Shown here: positions 1-9,446 of the stretch, in pieces | How the letters are laid out: each line of letters begins with the position of its first letter | Numbering within the stretch: position 1 is the first letter of the stretch | NCBI GenBank assembly: GCA_038212275.1 | Contig: JBBQUR010000009.1 | Span: forward strand, 64,001-128,000 | DNA: 64,000 nt | Origin: Planctomycetota bacterium | GTDB lineage: Bacteria > Planctomycetota > B15-G4 | Reading direction: 5' to 3' | The notes under the pieces: generated by a model | What the model saw: the letters and a program-made list of their open reading frames with translations, nothing else | Told to the model about the DNA's origin: nothing | The model's database searches: none | Position numbers and translations under genes: made by a program

Positions 1-187
1 CGCGGCCGATGCCGAGAGCGAGCAGTCCGCGTGCCAGCTCGTCAACCCGCGCATCGAGCTCCGCGAAAGAGAGCCGGCGCTCGACGCCGCCGAAGGTGAA
101 GGCCGGATGCACGAGCGCTTCCCGCTCCGGATGCCGGGCCGCCACGTCGCGCAGCAGGGCAGAAAGCGTGGCGGGCGCGTCAGCCAC
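1..187 (-). CDS. AMP-binding enzyme (acyl-CoA synthetase family), N-terminal part; runs off the window edge
   Basis: Manual translation from GTG at 187: VADAPATLSALLRDVAARHPEREALVHP...RRLSFAELDARVDELARGLLALGIGR, typical of an ANL adenylation-domain N-terminus; absent from the ORF track. Confidence 0.75.
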   Translation of the reverse strand, partial: MADAPATLSALLRDVAARHPEREALVHPAFTFGGVERRLSFAELDARVDELARGLLALGIGR

Positions 188-199
188 TACGGCTGTCGC

Positions 200-272
200 G
201 GCTGGCACGGGTGATACGGCTGGCCCGGCTGGCACGGCTGGCACGGGTGGCACGGGTGGCACGGGTGGCGTG
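200..272. repeat. Degenerate 9-bp tandem repeat (GGCACGGGT/GGCACGGCT), intergenic
   Basis: ggctggcacggctggcacgggtggcacgggtggcacgggtggc seen directly. Confidence 0.8.
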
Positions 273-371
273 GCTGGCTCGAGTGACGCCGGTGGCGCGG
301 CCTCGGCGCGTGAAAAGCGGTGGTCGCTCGGGGCGGACATGGCGCGGGCTGCGGCGTTTTCGCGCGGCGGT

Positions 372-2270
372 CTACGGCACGTCGGCGCGCAGGGCGTTGC
401 TCAGCGCGATGCCTTGCGGTGCGCCGGCGTCGGCGATGCCCCACTGGAAGAAGAGGCTCATGCCCGACGCGCCCGCCGGCCAGCTCGGCAGCGGGATCAC
501 GATCTGGCCCGCGGGGTCCGTCGCGAAGGACAGCGAGAACATCGGCGGCACCGTGAGCAGCGTGCCGCCCTTGAACGGCGTCGGCGTGCTGGACAACGAG
601 AGGTACAGCACGCTCAACGCCGACGGCGCCGCGTTGAAGAGCGCCACGGTGGCCGGCTGGCCCACCAGCAGGCTGCCCGTGCCGACGAGTTGCGGCGCGC
701 CGGAGTTGCCGGGCAGCGCGAAGCCGAGGTCCGTCCATGGTCCGCCGCCCGCGCCACCGACGACGATCGGCGCGTACTGCGCCGCGTTGCCGACCGAGTC
801 CGTGCCCGTGCAGGTGATCGACACCTCCGTCGTGCCGGCGGGTGTCGGAATGGCGATGCGGAACAGGCCCGCGCCCATCGGCGTCGCGTCGCCGCTGCCG
901 CTGCCGCTCGGCAGCAGCGTGTAGCTGAAGGCGAGCGTGCAGCGGATGTGTCCGTCGTCGCTCACCGCATCGGCGAGCTGCAGCTTCACGAGGGTCTGCG
1001 GGTCGCCGGGCATTGCGGGGACGTAGGCCTTCACGAGGAGCGGCGCGCGCGTGTCGGCGGGGCCCGCGTTGTCGTAGACCTTGTTGGTGAAGTTGCCGGA
1101 TTCGCCCTGGCCCGTCACGACGTCATAGTCGCCGTCGCCGTCGAGGTCCGCGACGCCGAAGTCGAGCGTCGAATCCGAGATGGCCTGGAACTCGCCGGTG
1201 AAGTACGTGAAGGTGCCGCCGTCGTTGCGGTAGGCCTTCTCCGTGCCGGCGAGCGAGCCGACGAGCACGTCGAGGTCGCCGTCGTCGTCGAGATCCATGC
1301 AGGCCATCTCGTTGTCGTCGTCGCCGTTCGGCGTGGGGAAAGTGGTCTTCGTCATCGCGGCGAGGCCGTCGTTGCGCGCCCAGCCCTCGCTGAAGCTCGA
1401 GATCGACTGCACCGCCGCATCGAAGTCGTCGTCGCCGTCGAGGTCGGTCCAGTCCATCTCGTAGGTGTTGGTGGTGCCGACGGCCTCCATCGTCCCGGTG
1501 GAGACGGTGAAGGTCCCGCTGCCGTCGTTGAGGTAGAGGATGCCGCGCTTGCCTGCGCCGCCCTTGCCGGCCAGCGCCATGTCGATGTCGCCATCGAGGT
1601 CGAAGTCGAGCAGCGTGATGTCCTGGCAGTTGAAGAGGTCCACGGGCATCTGCGTGGTCGTGACGTCGGTGAACACGGCGTGGCCGTCGTTGAGCAGGAG
1701 GCGCGCCTGCGCGGCGATGCCGCCGAAGGTGCCTCCGTCGTTCACGGCAAGGTCGAGATCGCCGTCGCCGTCCACGTCGCCCGTCGCGATGCAGAAGGAG
1801 CGCAGCGCGAGGGTCGGCATGTTGGTCGCGGTGACGTCGGTGAAGGTGCCGAAGCCGTCGTTGAGCAGCAGGCGCGGCGGGCTGCCGGTGGAGCCCGAGG
1901 CGTAGGCGAGGTCGGGATCGCCGTCACCGTCGAGGTCGTCGGCCACGACCATCTTGGCGTTGAAGGCGGCGACGTTGAGCTGCGCGTGCGCCGCGGTGAA
2001 GACGCCCTGGCCGTCGTTGAGGAAGAGGTGCTGCGCCAGCGCGCCCGACGCGGCCATGCCGCCGTAGACGCTGCCGTTCGCGAACAGGATGTCGACGTCG
2101 CCGTCGCCATCGACGTCCACGAGCTCCACGCCGTCGGTCCAGAGGCTCTGCGCCGGCAGCGCTGCGGCGTCGTAGGTGAACTGCTGGGCGGCGGCGGACG
2201 GTGCGAAGAAGGCGGAGAAGGCGGAGAGGGAGAGCGTGGCGCAGAGTCCGAGTGGCAGGCGAAGTCTCAT
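372..2270 (-). CDS. Exported FG-GAP/VCBS-repeat beta-propeller protein with a conserved ~120-aa C-terminal domain
   Basis: Signal peptide (...APSAAA|QQ); about 7 D-x-D-G-D-G-D-x-D motifs; C-terminal WTDLG...PFKGGTLL...LSNAL domain. Confidence 0.9.
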   Translation of the reverse strand: MRLRLPLGLCATLSLSAFSAFFAPSAAAQQFTYDAAALPAQSLWTDGVELVDVDGDGDVDILFANGSVYGGMAASGALAQHLFLNDGQGVFTAAHAQLNVAAFNAKMVVADDLDGDGDPDLAYASGSTGSPPRLLLNDGFGTFTDVTATNMPTLALRSFCIATGDVDGDGDLDLAVNDGGTFGGIAAQARLLLNDGHAVFTDVTTTQMPVDLFNCQDITLLDFDLDGDIDMALAGKGGAGKRGILYLNDGSGTFTVSTGTMEAVGTTNTYEMDWTDLDGDDDFDAAVQSISSFSEGWARNDGLAAMTKTTFPTPNGDDDNEMACMDLDDDGDLDVLVGSLAGTEKAYRNDGGTFTYFTGEFQAISDSTLDFGVADLDGDGDYDVVTGQGESGNFTNKVYDNAGPADTRAPLLVKAYVPAMPGDPQTLVKLQLADAVSDDGHIRCTLAFSYTLLPSGSGSGDATPMGAGLFRIAIPTPAGTTEVSITCTGTDSVGNAAQYAPIVVGGAGGGPWTDLGFALPGNSGAPQLVGTGSLLVGQPATVALFNAAPSALSVLYLSLSSTPTPFKGGTLLTVPPMFSLSFATDPAGQIVIPLPSWPAGASGMSLFFQWGIADAGAPQGIALSNALRADVP

Positions 2271-2412
2271 GATGTGGCAGGTCCCTGATGCGTGGCCGAT
2301 GCGCCTGCCTCGCGACCCGATGCGGCGAGGGGCGGGGCGCAGTATGCCACGGTCTTTCCTGCAGGTGGAGCCGGCGCGTAGCCATTCGCTGGCCCGGCAC
2401 TATCATGTCGCC

Positions 2413-3954
2413 ATGCGCGTGCTCCTCGTCAGGTCTCCGTCGGTGCTGGGGCGCATGGCGCGCCAGAACCTGCAGCATCCGACCAATCTGCTGGGGCTCG
2501 CGAGCGAGCTGAATGCGCGCGGCCATCACGCCAGGCTGCTCGACCTCGAGGTCGTGCCCGGCGGGGCCGAGCGGCTTGCCGCGGTGCTCGCGACCGAACG
2601 GCCGGACCTCGTGGGATTCTCGGTGGTGACGCCGCATGTTCCGGGCACCGCGCTGCTGGCACGCGCCGCGCGACGCACGCTGCCCGGCGTCTTCCTCATC
2701 GCCGGCGGCCCGCACGCCACGGCGCTGCCCGCCGATCTGCTCGACGAGATCCCGGAGCTGGACGCGATCTGCGTCGGCGAGGGCGACGAATCCTTCCCCG
2801 CGGTCTGCGCAGCGCTCGATGCCGCCGTCGGCGGGCCCGCGCGCCGCGCCGCGCTGTGCGCCATCGCCGGGCTGCAACTGCGGGATGGCGCCGGCTGCCG
2901 TCCGCCGTCCGCCTCGCACTTCACCGGTCCGCGCGACGTGCTCGCCGATCTCGACGTGCTCGCGCCGATGGATCGCTCGCTGCTCGACTGGCCCGCGTAC
3001 GAGCGGCTCGCGGGGCACAAGGGCGTCGCGTCGCCGGGCGTCATCCGCAAGGGCATCCGCGCGACGCAGATCCACCTCTCGCGCGGCTGCTATGCGCACT
3101 GCGTCTTCTGCAGCACCAACCTCGTGTGGGGCGAGCGCGCCCGGCCCGGCATCCGCCGCCGTTCGCTGGCCGCCGTGCTCGAGGAGATCGACCGCGTCGT
3201 GGCCGACTTCGGCGTGAACCACCTCAACTTCGAGGACGACATCTTCCCGCCTACGCTGCATTACCTCGAAGAGCTGTGCACCGCGCTCCTGTCGCGCCGC
3301 GTGACGTGGAGCTGCAACGCCCGCGTGGACGGCCTGCGGCGCGAGCACTTCGAGCTCATGGCCGCGGCCGGCTGCGTCAAGATCGACTTCGGCGTGGAGA
3401 GCGGCAGCGAGCGCATCCTGGCGCTGAATCGCAAGCTGGTCACCGTGGAGAAGGTGCTGCACGTCTTTGCGGAGAGCCAGCGCGTCGGCATCCTGCGCAC
3501 CGCCTACCTCATGCTGGGCAGCCACGTGGACGAGACGCCTGCGGAAGTGGAGCAGACGGCGGCGCTCGCGCGGCGCATCCGGCCCGACTACATCACCTTC
3601 ACGGTCGGCTGCCCGTACCCCGGGACCGAACTGTGGCAGCAGTGCCGCGAGCGCGGCTTCCTCGCGCTGCTGCCGACGGGCCGGCCGGACTGGAAGCGCT
3701 TCGGCTACTACCCGGGCCTGCCGCCGTGGCGCTTCACGCACTTCACGCCGGAGCAGATGCTCGCGACGCAGCAGCGCGTCCTGCGGGCTTTCTACATGAA
3801 CCCCGCGTTCATGCTGCGCATGCTGACGCGCGTGCGCAGCGTGGCGCAGATGAAGGCGCTGGTCACCGCCGGCCTCGACGTGCGCCACTTCCTGGCAAGT
3901 GATGTCGGGGCGCGGCACGCGCGACGTCTCGCGGGGGCTCGCCGCGCCGGGTAG
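2413..3954 (+). CDS. Cobalamin-binding radical SAM protein
   Basis: MRVLLV start; B12-binding features (PDLVGFS, GGPHAT, GEGD); SRGCYAHCVFC CxxxCxxC; FGVESGS; PYPGT. Confidence 0.9.
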   Translation: MRVLLVRSPSVLGRMARQNLQHPTNLLGLASELNARGHHARLLDLEVVPGGAERLAAVLATERPDLVGFSVVTPHVPGTALLARAARRTLPGVFLIAGGPHATALPADLLDEIPELDAICVGEGDESFPAVCAALDAAVGGPARRAALCAIAGLQLRDGAGCRPPSASHFTGPRDVLADLDVLAPMDRSLLDWPAYERLAGHKGVASPGVIRKGIRATQIHLSRGCYAHCVFCSTNLVWGERARPGIRRRSLAAVLEEIDRVVADFGVNHLNFEDDIFPPTLHYLEELCTALLSRRVTWSCNARVDGLRREHFELMAAAGCVKIDFGVESGSERILALNRKLVTVEKVLHVFAESQRVGILRTAYLMLGSHVDETPAEVEQTAALARRIRPDYITFTVGCPYPGTELWQQCRERGFLALLPTGRPDWKRFGYYPGLPPWRFTHFTPEQMLATQQRVLRAFYMNPAFMLRMLTRVRSVAQMKALVTAGLDVRHFLASDVGARHARRLAGARRAG

Positions 3955-3965
3955 ACTCCCGCGCC

Positions 3966-4733
3966 ATGCGCATCGCCACCTGGAACGTGAACTCCATCCG
4001 CGCGCGGCTCCCTCACGTGCTGCCCTGGCTGCAGCGGGAAATGCCCGACGTGCTGTGCCTGCAGGAGATCAAGTGCCAGGACGAACAGTTCCCGCGCGAG
4101 GCGATCGAGGCGCTCGGTTACGCGATCGAGAGCCACGGGCAGAAGACCTACAACGGCGTTGCGCTGCTCTCGCTGCGGCCGATGGCCGACGTGACACGGG
4201 GCATGCCGGGCGAGCCTCCGGAGACGGGTGCGCGCGTCATCAGCGGCACGCTGGATGGCGTGCGCATCGTGAACGCCTACGTGGTCAACGGCAAGGAAGT
4301 GGGCAGCGACAAGTACGAGCTCAAGCTGCGCTGGCTGGCCGTGCTTGCGGACTTTCTGCGCGCCGAAGTCGCCTCGCACGGCAAGCTGCTGCTCACGGGC
4401 GACTTCAACGTGACCTTCGATGATCGCGACGTGTACGACCCGGTGAAGTGGCGCGACAAGATCCTCTGCAGCACGCCCGAGCGCGAGGCGCTGGCGGCCG
4501 TCATGGCCTGCGGCCTGCATGACGCCTTCCGGCACTTCACCGACGAGGCCGGCCACTACACCTGGTGGGACTTCTACACGCGCGGCTTCCAGCGCGGCGA
4601 GGGCCTGCGCATCGACCACTTCCTCGTCACGCAGCCCGCGCTGGACGCGTGCACCGGCGTGAGCATCGACGTGGAGGCCCGTCGCGGCGAGAAGCCATCG
4701 GACCACGCGCCGGTCATCGCGACGCTGGACTGA
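3966..4733 (+). CDS. xth: Exodeoxyribonuclease III
   Basis: MRIATWNVNS, LCLQEIK, YNGVA, GDFN, RIDH, PSDHAP motifs. Confidence 0.95.
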   Translation: MRIATWNVNSIRARLPHVLPWLQREMPDVLCLQEIKCQDEQFPREAIEALGYAIESHGQKTYNGVALLSLRPMADVTRGMPGEPPETGARVISGTLDGVRIVNAYVVNGKEVGSDKYELKLRWLAVLADFLRAEVASHGKLLLTGDFNVTFDDRDVYDPVKWRDKILCSTPEREALAAVMACGLHDAFRHFTDEAGHYTWWDFYTRGFQRGEGLRIDHFLVTQPALDACTGVSIDVEARRGEKPSDHAPVIATLD

Positions 4734-4808
4734 ACGCCGGATGGCGGCTTCGCGGGGGCCTGTGGCCGACGCGGCGAGGGAATCGGGAGCGGCGCGGGAA
4801 TCCAGACC

Positions 4809-4838
4809 TTGGCGGGCCGCGCGACGCGCGCTTAGAAT
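4809..4838 (+). promoter_or_regulatory. Putative sigma70 promoter TTGGCG-N18-TAGAAT, 8 nt before the ATG (probably leaderless)
   Basis: Hexamers at 4809-4814 and 4833-4838; ATG at 4847; no Shine-Dalgarno. Confidence 0.5.
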
Positions 4839-4846
4839 CGCGCCCC

Positions 4847-5446
4847 ATGTCCAGGACACCCGTGCCGACGCTGACCGACGTGGTGGCGCAGAGCCTGCGC
4901 GACAGCTGCCGGCAGTCGCTGGACTTCGCCGGGCGTATCCGCTGCGGACACGCGGCCATCTCGGCGGCCGTCGTCGAGGGCTATGACCTGGACGAGATGT
5001 GGCGCGAGTCCGATCCGGACAAGCGCCTGGCGGGCAAGTACCGCCGCCATCAGGTGGTGACCGACGAGAGCTTCGGCTTCACCGTCGTCGTGCTGCTGTG
5101 GGAACCGGGCGCGTGCACGCCGATCCACGACCACGACACGTGGTGCGTCTTCGGCCTGCTGCAGGGCAAGCTCGAGGTCACCAACTACGGCATCGTCGAG
5201 GACGACGGCAAGGGGCCCTTTCAGATCCGCGAGGTGTCGCGCGAGACGCTGCGCGCCGGCCTGCTCGGCGACAACCGCGAGGCCGACACCGAGGTGCACC
5301 GCGTGCGCAACACCGACGGTGAGCGCTCCATCTCGCTGCACGTGTACGGCAGCGACCTGACGAAGCGCACGCTGTTCAACGGCCGCGGCATCCGCCTCGA
5401 CGGGAAGGACGGCTGCCGCGCCTTCAGCAACGCCCCGGCGTACTGA
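4847..5446 (+). CDS. Cysteine dioxygenase-like cupin (thiol dioxygenase family)
   Basis: YRRH, W-x-PG-x-x-TPIHDH, VHRV-x-N, SLHVYG; 3-His iron site. Confidence 0.85.
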   Translation: MSRTPVPTLTDVVAQSLRDSCRQSLDFAGRIRCGHAAISAAVVEGYDLDEMWRESDPDKRLAGKYRRHQVVTDESFGFTVVVLLWEPGACTPIHDHDTWCVFGLLQGKLEVTNYGIVEDDGKGPFQIREVSRETLRAGLLGDNREADTEVHRVRNTDGERSISLHVYGSDLTKRTLFNGRGIRLDGKDGCRAFSNAPAY

Positions 5447-5461
5447 CCGCGTGCAGCAGCC

Positions 5462-6595
5462 ATGAGCGGCGGCGCCGCGCTTGCGCTGTCGGTGCTGAGC
5501 GATGCAGGTCTTGCGTGGTTGCTCGTCTTCCGCCGGCGCGGGATGCCGCTCACGGCGCCGCACCTGCTGCTCGCTGCCTTCGCGGGCTTCGCCTTCGCCC
5601 TGCTGAAGGCCGCTGCGGTGGCGTTTGCCGGGAGACACCAGTTCCTCGCGATTCACGTCGTGCACAGCTTCGTGTTTCTTGCGGCGCCGGGCGTCGGCCT
5701 CCTCGTCGCGCTGGGCTGGCCGCGCCGCGCCCGGCCCGCGGCGCGCGGCACCGCGGCCTTCGCCGCGCTGCTGCTCGCGGCCATCGGCATCGACAGCAGC
5801 TTCATCGAGCCCTACGCGCTGGTCACCGAGACCGCAACCGTCGCGGTGACGCCTGAGCGCGCCGGCCGCGCGGAGCTGCTCATCGGCGTGCTGTCGGACA
5901 TCCAGTGCACGGAGGTCAGCGACTACGAGCGCGAGGCCGTGGCCCGCGTCATGGCAGCCACACCGGACCTGATCCTGCTGCCCGGCGATCTCGCGCAGCG
6001 CTTCTCGTCCGCCGAGTGGCAGGAGCTCGCGCCGTCCATGCACGAGCTGCTGGGGACGCTGCACGCGCCGCTCGGCGTCTATGCGGTGAGCGGCAACTGC
6101 GATCCGCCGGAGGTCGGCAGGGAACTCGTGCGCGGCACGGAGGTGCAGCTCCTCTGCGACGAGGTCGTGCAACGCAGCTGGCGCGACCGGCGCGTCACCA
6201 TCGCCGGGATGGATCTTGGCGTCGGGTCGGCGCGGTCTCGCAGCGTGCTCGAGCAGATGTCCGCACCCGGCGGCGACGACCTGCGCATCGTGGTCGCGCA
6301 CCTGCCGGACGTCGCGCTGCTGCTGCCGCGGGGCGGCCGGGTGGACCTCGTGGTGGCCGGCCACACGCACGGCGGGCAGGTGCAGCTCCCCTGGATCGGG
6401 CCGCTCATCACGCTGACCAGCGTGCCGCGCGAGGTCGCCGCCGGCGGCCTGCACGAGCTGAGCGGCGCGCCGATCTACGTGAGCCGTGGCATCGGCCACG
6501 AGCAGGGCGATGCGCCGCGCGTGCGCTTCAACTGCCCGCCCGAGGTCTCGCTGATCACGCTGCGGACGTCGGAGCCGGCCGTGCCCCTCCGCTGA
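5462..6595 (+). CDS. Membrane-anchored metallophosphoesterase (YkuE-like)
   Basis: N-terminal TM helices; LSDIQ, PGD, SGNCD, AH-x-PD, AGHTHGGQV, YVSRGIG, R-x-NCPPE. Confidence 0.9.
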   Translation: MSGGAALALSVLSDAGLAWLLVFRRRGMPLTAPHLLLAAFAGFAFALLKAAAVAFAGRHQFLAIHVVHSFVFLAAPGVGLLVALGWPRRARPAARGTAAFAALLLAAIGIDSSFIEPYALVTETATVAVTPERAGRAELLIGVLSDIQCTEVSDYEREAVARVMAATPDLILLPGDLAQRFSSAEWQELAPSMHELLGTLHAPLGVYAVSGNCDPPEVGRELVRGTEVQLLCDEVVQRSWRDRRVTIAGMDLGVGSARSRSVLEQMSAPGGDDLRIVVAHLPDVALLLPRGGRVDLVVAGHTHGGQVQLPWIGPLITLTSVPREVAAGGLHELSGAPIYVSRGIGHEQGDAPRVRFNCPPEVSLITLRTSEPAVPLR

Positions 6596-6618
6596 GCGGG
6601 GCCGCGGTGCGCGACGCG

Positions 6619-6993
6619 TCAGGCCGGCAGCGCGGAGAGGTCGAAGCGGCCGTCGGCGCCGCGGCGCAGCGTCACGCGCTGCGCGATGTCGCTCTCCGCG
6701 AGGTCGCGATAAAGGTGCGGAAAGAGGGCGCCGCCACGCGAGGGTTCGGCGACGAGCTTCGATCCGAGACGCTCGGCGTGCAGCCGCAGCAGGACCAGCT
6801 CGGCGGCGTCGGCGAAGTGCACGTCGATCGTGCCGGCGAGTTGCGCGGTCCACGAGCAGTGCACGAAGCCCTCGGGGCCGACGCGCGCCGGGACGCCGTC
6901 GCGGGTGAGGTGCCAGAGCGACGGAACGGCGGGGGCCGCTCCACCGGCGTCGCCCGTGCTCATGGGCGCGCGGAAGTCGTCACGAGAGGACAT
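6619..6993 (-). CDS. DUF952 family protein (start may be 6963)
   Basis: EGFVHCS...QL and LFPHLY motifs. Confidence 0.8.
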   Translation of the reverse strand: MSSRDDFRAPMSTGDAGGAAPAVPSLWHLTRDGVPARVGPEGFVHCSWTAQLAGTIDVHFADAAELVLLRLHAERLGSKLVAEPSRGGALFPHLYRDLAESDIAQRVTLRRGADGRFDLSALPA

Positions 6994-7669
6994 CGGCCAG
7001 CCGGGCCACGATGAGCGCCGACCAGGTCTCGAAGCGGCCGGGCTCGGCGCGTGCCAGCTCGGCCAGCGCGGCCGCGCTCACGAAGGAGCCTTCGAGGACC
7101 TCCGTCTCGCGGATGGCCACGTCCTTCGTCTCGCAGCGCGCCACGTTCACGAGCCCGAAGTGCACCGAACCCACGTCGCTGGAGTCGTCGTTGATGATGC
7201 CGACGGCGGAGAGCGTGTACGGGCAGCGGATGTCGATCTCCTCCTCGAGCTCGCGGCGGCAGCCGGCATCGAGCACGTCGGCCTCGCCGGCCGGCGCCCG
7301 GTGGGCGCCCGAGCTGCCCGGGCCCGGCGACACGACGCCCGCGGCATGCCCCGGGCCGTCGAGGTCCACCGGGTTGATGTGGCCGCCGACGCCGATGGAC
7401 AGCTTGCCGTGGAGGCGCGCCTCGCCGCCCTTGCCGAGGCGCTTGAGCAGCAGCACCTCGTCGCCATGCACGACCAGCGTGTACGGGATGACCTGCTTGA
7501 AGGAGGCGTCCAGCTCCGCGAAGCGGCGTTCGAGGAAGAATCCCCGGCTGCGGATGGTGGTCGTCCAGCGCGCGACGCGGTCGGCGGCATCGGGGGCGCG
7601 GGCCACGAATCCGTGAGGTGTGGCAAGGTCGAAGAGGTCGGAACGCTTGACGACGTAGACGAATTCCAT
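6980..7669 (-). CDS. Predicted NUDIX-family phosphoesterase (YmaB-like)
   Basis: E-x-D-x-SFKQVIPY, E-x-RLH-x-x-LSIGVGGHINP, RELEEE Nudix box, VGSVHFG, ETWS; start moved to ATG 7669 because the longer ORF overlaps rnpB. Confidence 0.85.
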   Translation of the reverse strand: MEFVYVVKRSDLFDLATPHGFVARAPDAADRVARWTTTIRSRGFFLERRFAELDASFKQVIPYTLVVHGDEVLLLKRLGKGGEARLHGKLSIGVGGHINPVDLDGPGHAAGVVSPGPGSSGAHRAPAGEADVLDAGCRRELEEEIDIRCPYTLSAVGIINDDSSDVGSVHFGLVNVARCETKDVAIRETEVLEGSFVSAAALAELARAEPGRFETWSALIVARLADVLS

Positions 7670-7718
7670 TGTGGCTATGATGCCCGGTCCGAGACGTACT
7701 TTGAAAACCTGGGATCCT

Positions 7719-8106
<388 letters not shown>

Positions 8107-8365
8107 AGGATCCCTTTTTTCCTGATCTTCATCGCCTGGTGCTCAAGCGCTTCGCCCGCAGGGGTTTTCCTGTCGTCATGGATTGGCAGCGGGACTTTGA
8201 GGCCTTGACGTCTCACGGAGGCGGAGATAGGTTCCGCTTCGGTCTTTCGGGTCGGGCAGAACCGGTGTGCGGATACGGGACGCTTGCCGGCGATTCGGAA
8301 GACGCTTGCTCCACTGATTCAAGCACCCAGGTCTCCCGCTCGCGACCGCAACAAGGTTTCTCACC

Positions 8366-8677
8366 GTGAAGTGCCGGACCGAGATGCGCAATTTGTACGC
8401 CACTCTGGCCGTACTCGTGGCCCTCTCCGTGCCCGTGGCCGCCGCCGTGTTCTCGTCGGGAGCACCTGCTCCGCAGGTTGATCTCGCGCACGAACCGAGC
8501 AGAGCTTCCACGGAGCTGTGGATCTCCGGCGCCCCGCCGCCGCTCCTGATCATGCTGCTCGGCACGCTGATCGTCGCCGTGACGGTCATGCGGCACGTCC
8601 GCACGCGCCGTTCGCCGCTGACGCGGACCCTGAGCGCCAGTTTCGAGCGTCGCGCCTCGCTGCCGTCCGCGCACTGA
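8366..8677 (+). CDS. Small hypothetical membrane protein (signal/TM segment plus a second TM helix); start may be 8384
   Basis: Two hydrophobic segments followed by a basic tail; fits the gap between rnpB and ruvX. Confidence 0.45.
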   Translation: MKCRTEMRNLYATLAVLVALSVPVAAAVFSSGAPAPQVDLAHEPSRASTELWISGAPPPLLIMLLGTLIVAVTVMRHVRTRRSPLTRTLSASFERRASLPSAH

Positions 8678-8705
8678 TCGCGCGCTGATCGCGCGCTGAT
8701 CGCGC
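8674..8705. repeat. 11-bp tandem repeat CTGATCGCGCG x3 beginning at a stop codon
   Basis: ctgatcgcgcgctgatcgcgcgctgatcgcgc seen directly. Confidence 0.85.
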
Positions 8706-8774
8706 AGGTCGCGCCGACGGCGCGGGTTGCGTTGCCTTGCGCGTCGCTCGGCCGGGCGGGCAGCCCGCAACCCG

Positions 8775-9197
8775 TCAGGTCGCTTCGCGCTCCAGCACGC
8801 CGCGCAGGATGACCGCCGCGGCGACGGAGTCCCGCAGGCGCTTCCGATCGCTGGGCCGCAGCCCCGCACCGCTGAGGAACGCCTCCGCCTCGTCGGTGCT
8901 GAGGCGTTCGTCCTCGAACTCGATGACCAGGCCCAGGCCTTCGCCCAGCACGGCGGCGAACCTGCGGACCTCGAGCGCCATCGGACCCTCGCTGCCGTCC
9001 ATGTTGTAGGGCAGGCCGATGACGACGCGTTCGATGCCGCGCTCGCGGATCAGCTCGGACAGCAGAGCGAGGTCCGCCGCAGGTGACTTCCGCTGCAGGG
9101 CTGGCAGCGGATGGCTGGCCATGCCGAGTGCGTCGCTGACTGCCAGGCCGTGGCGCACGCGGCCATAGTCGATCGCGAGCAGGCGACGGTGTGCCAT
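8775..9197 (-). CDS. ruvX: RuvX/YqgF pre-16S rRNA nuclease
   Basis: LLAIDYG-x-x-R-x-GLAVSD, VIGLP-x-NMDGSEG, DERLST, DSVAAAVIL. Confidence 0.93.
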   Translation of the reverse strand: MAHRRLLAIDYGRVRHGLAVSDALGMASHPLPALQRKSPAADLALLSELIRERGIERVVIGLPYNMDGSEGPMALEVRRFAAVLGEGLGLVIEFEDERLSTDEAEAFLSGAGLRPSDRKRLRDSVAAAVILRGVLEREAT

Positions 9198-9446
9198 GGT
9201 CAGCGACGGCCCCGGGGCGCCAGACAACTCGCGGCGCGGCGTTTGCGCAGCCCGCCGAAAGGCGACCGTGTCGGCGAACTCCTGTTCCGCAATCCCGCCA
9301 TCGGGAGTATGGTCGCGCAGCGTGCGACCGGAGTTCCGGCCCGCCCCCTGATGATCGACACCTGGACTGCGGCCCGAAGCCCGGAAGCAGGACGCCACGA
9401 CGCGTCACCTGCCTTGCTGTCTGCATGTTCCGGAGGGTGGCTCTTC

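Noticed and set aside
9..2288. 759-aa plus-strand ORF and many other long overlapping ORFs (e.g. 1924-3918, 29806-33138, 58663-61431)
   Set aside because: Antisense or alternate-frame shadows of recognisable genes, typical of high GC; Arg/Ala-rich with no motifs
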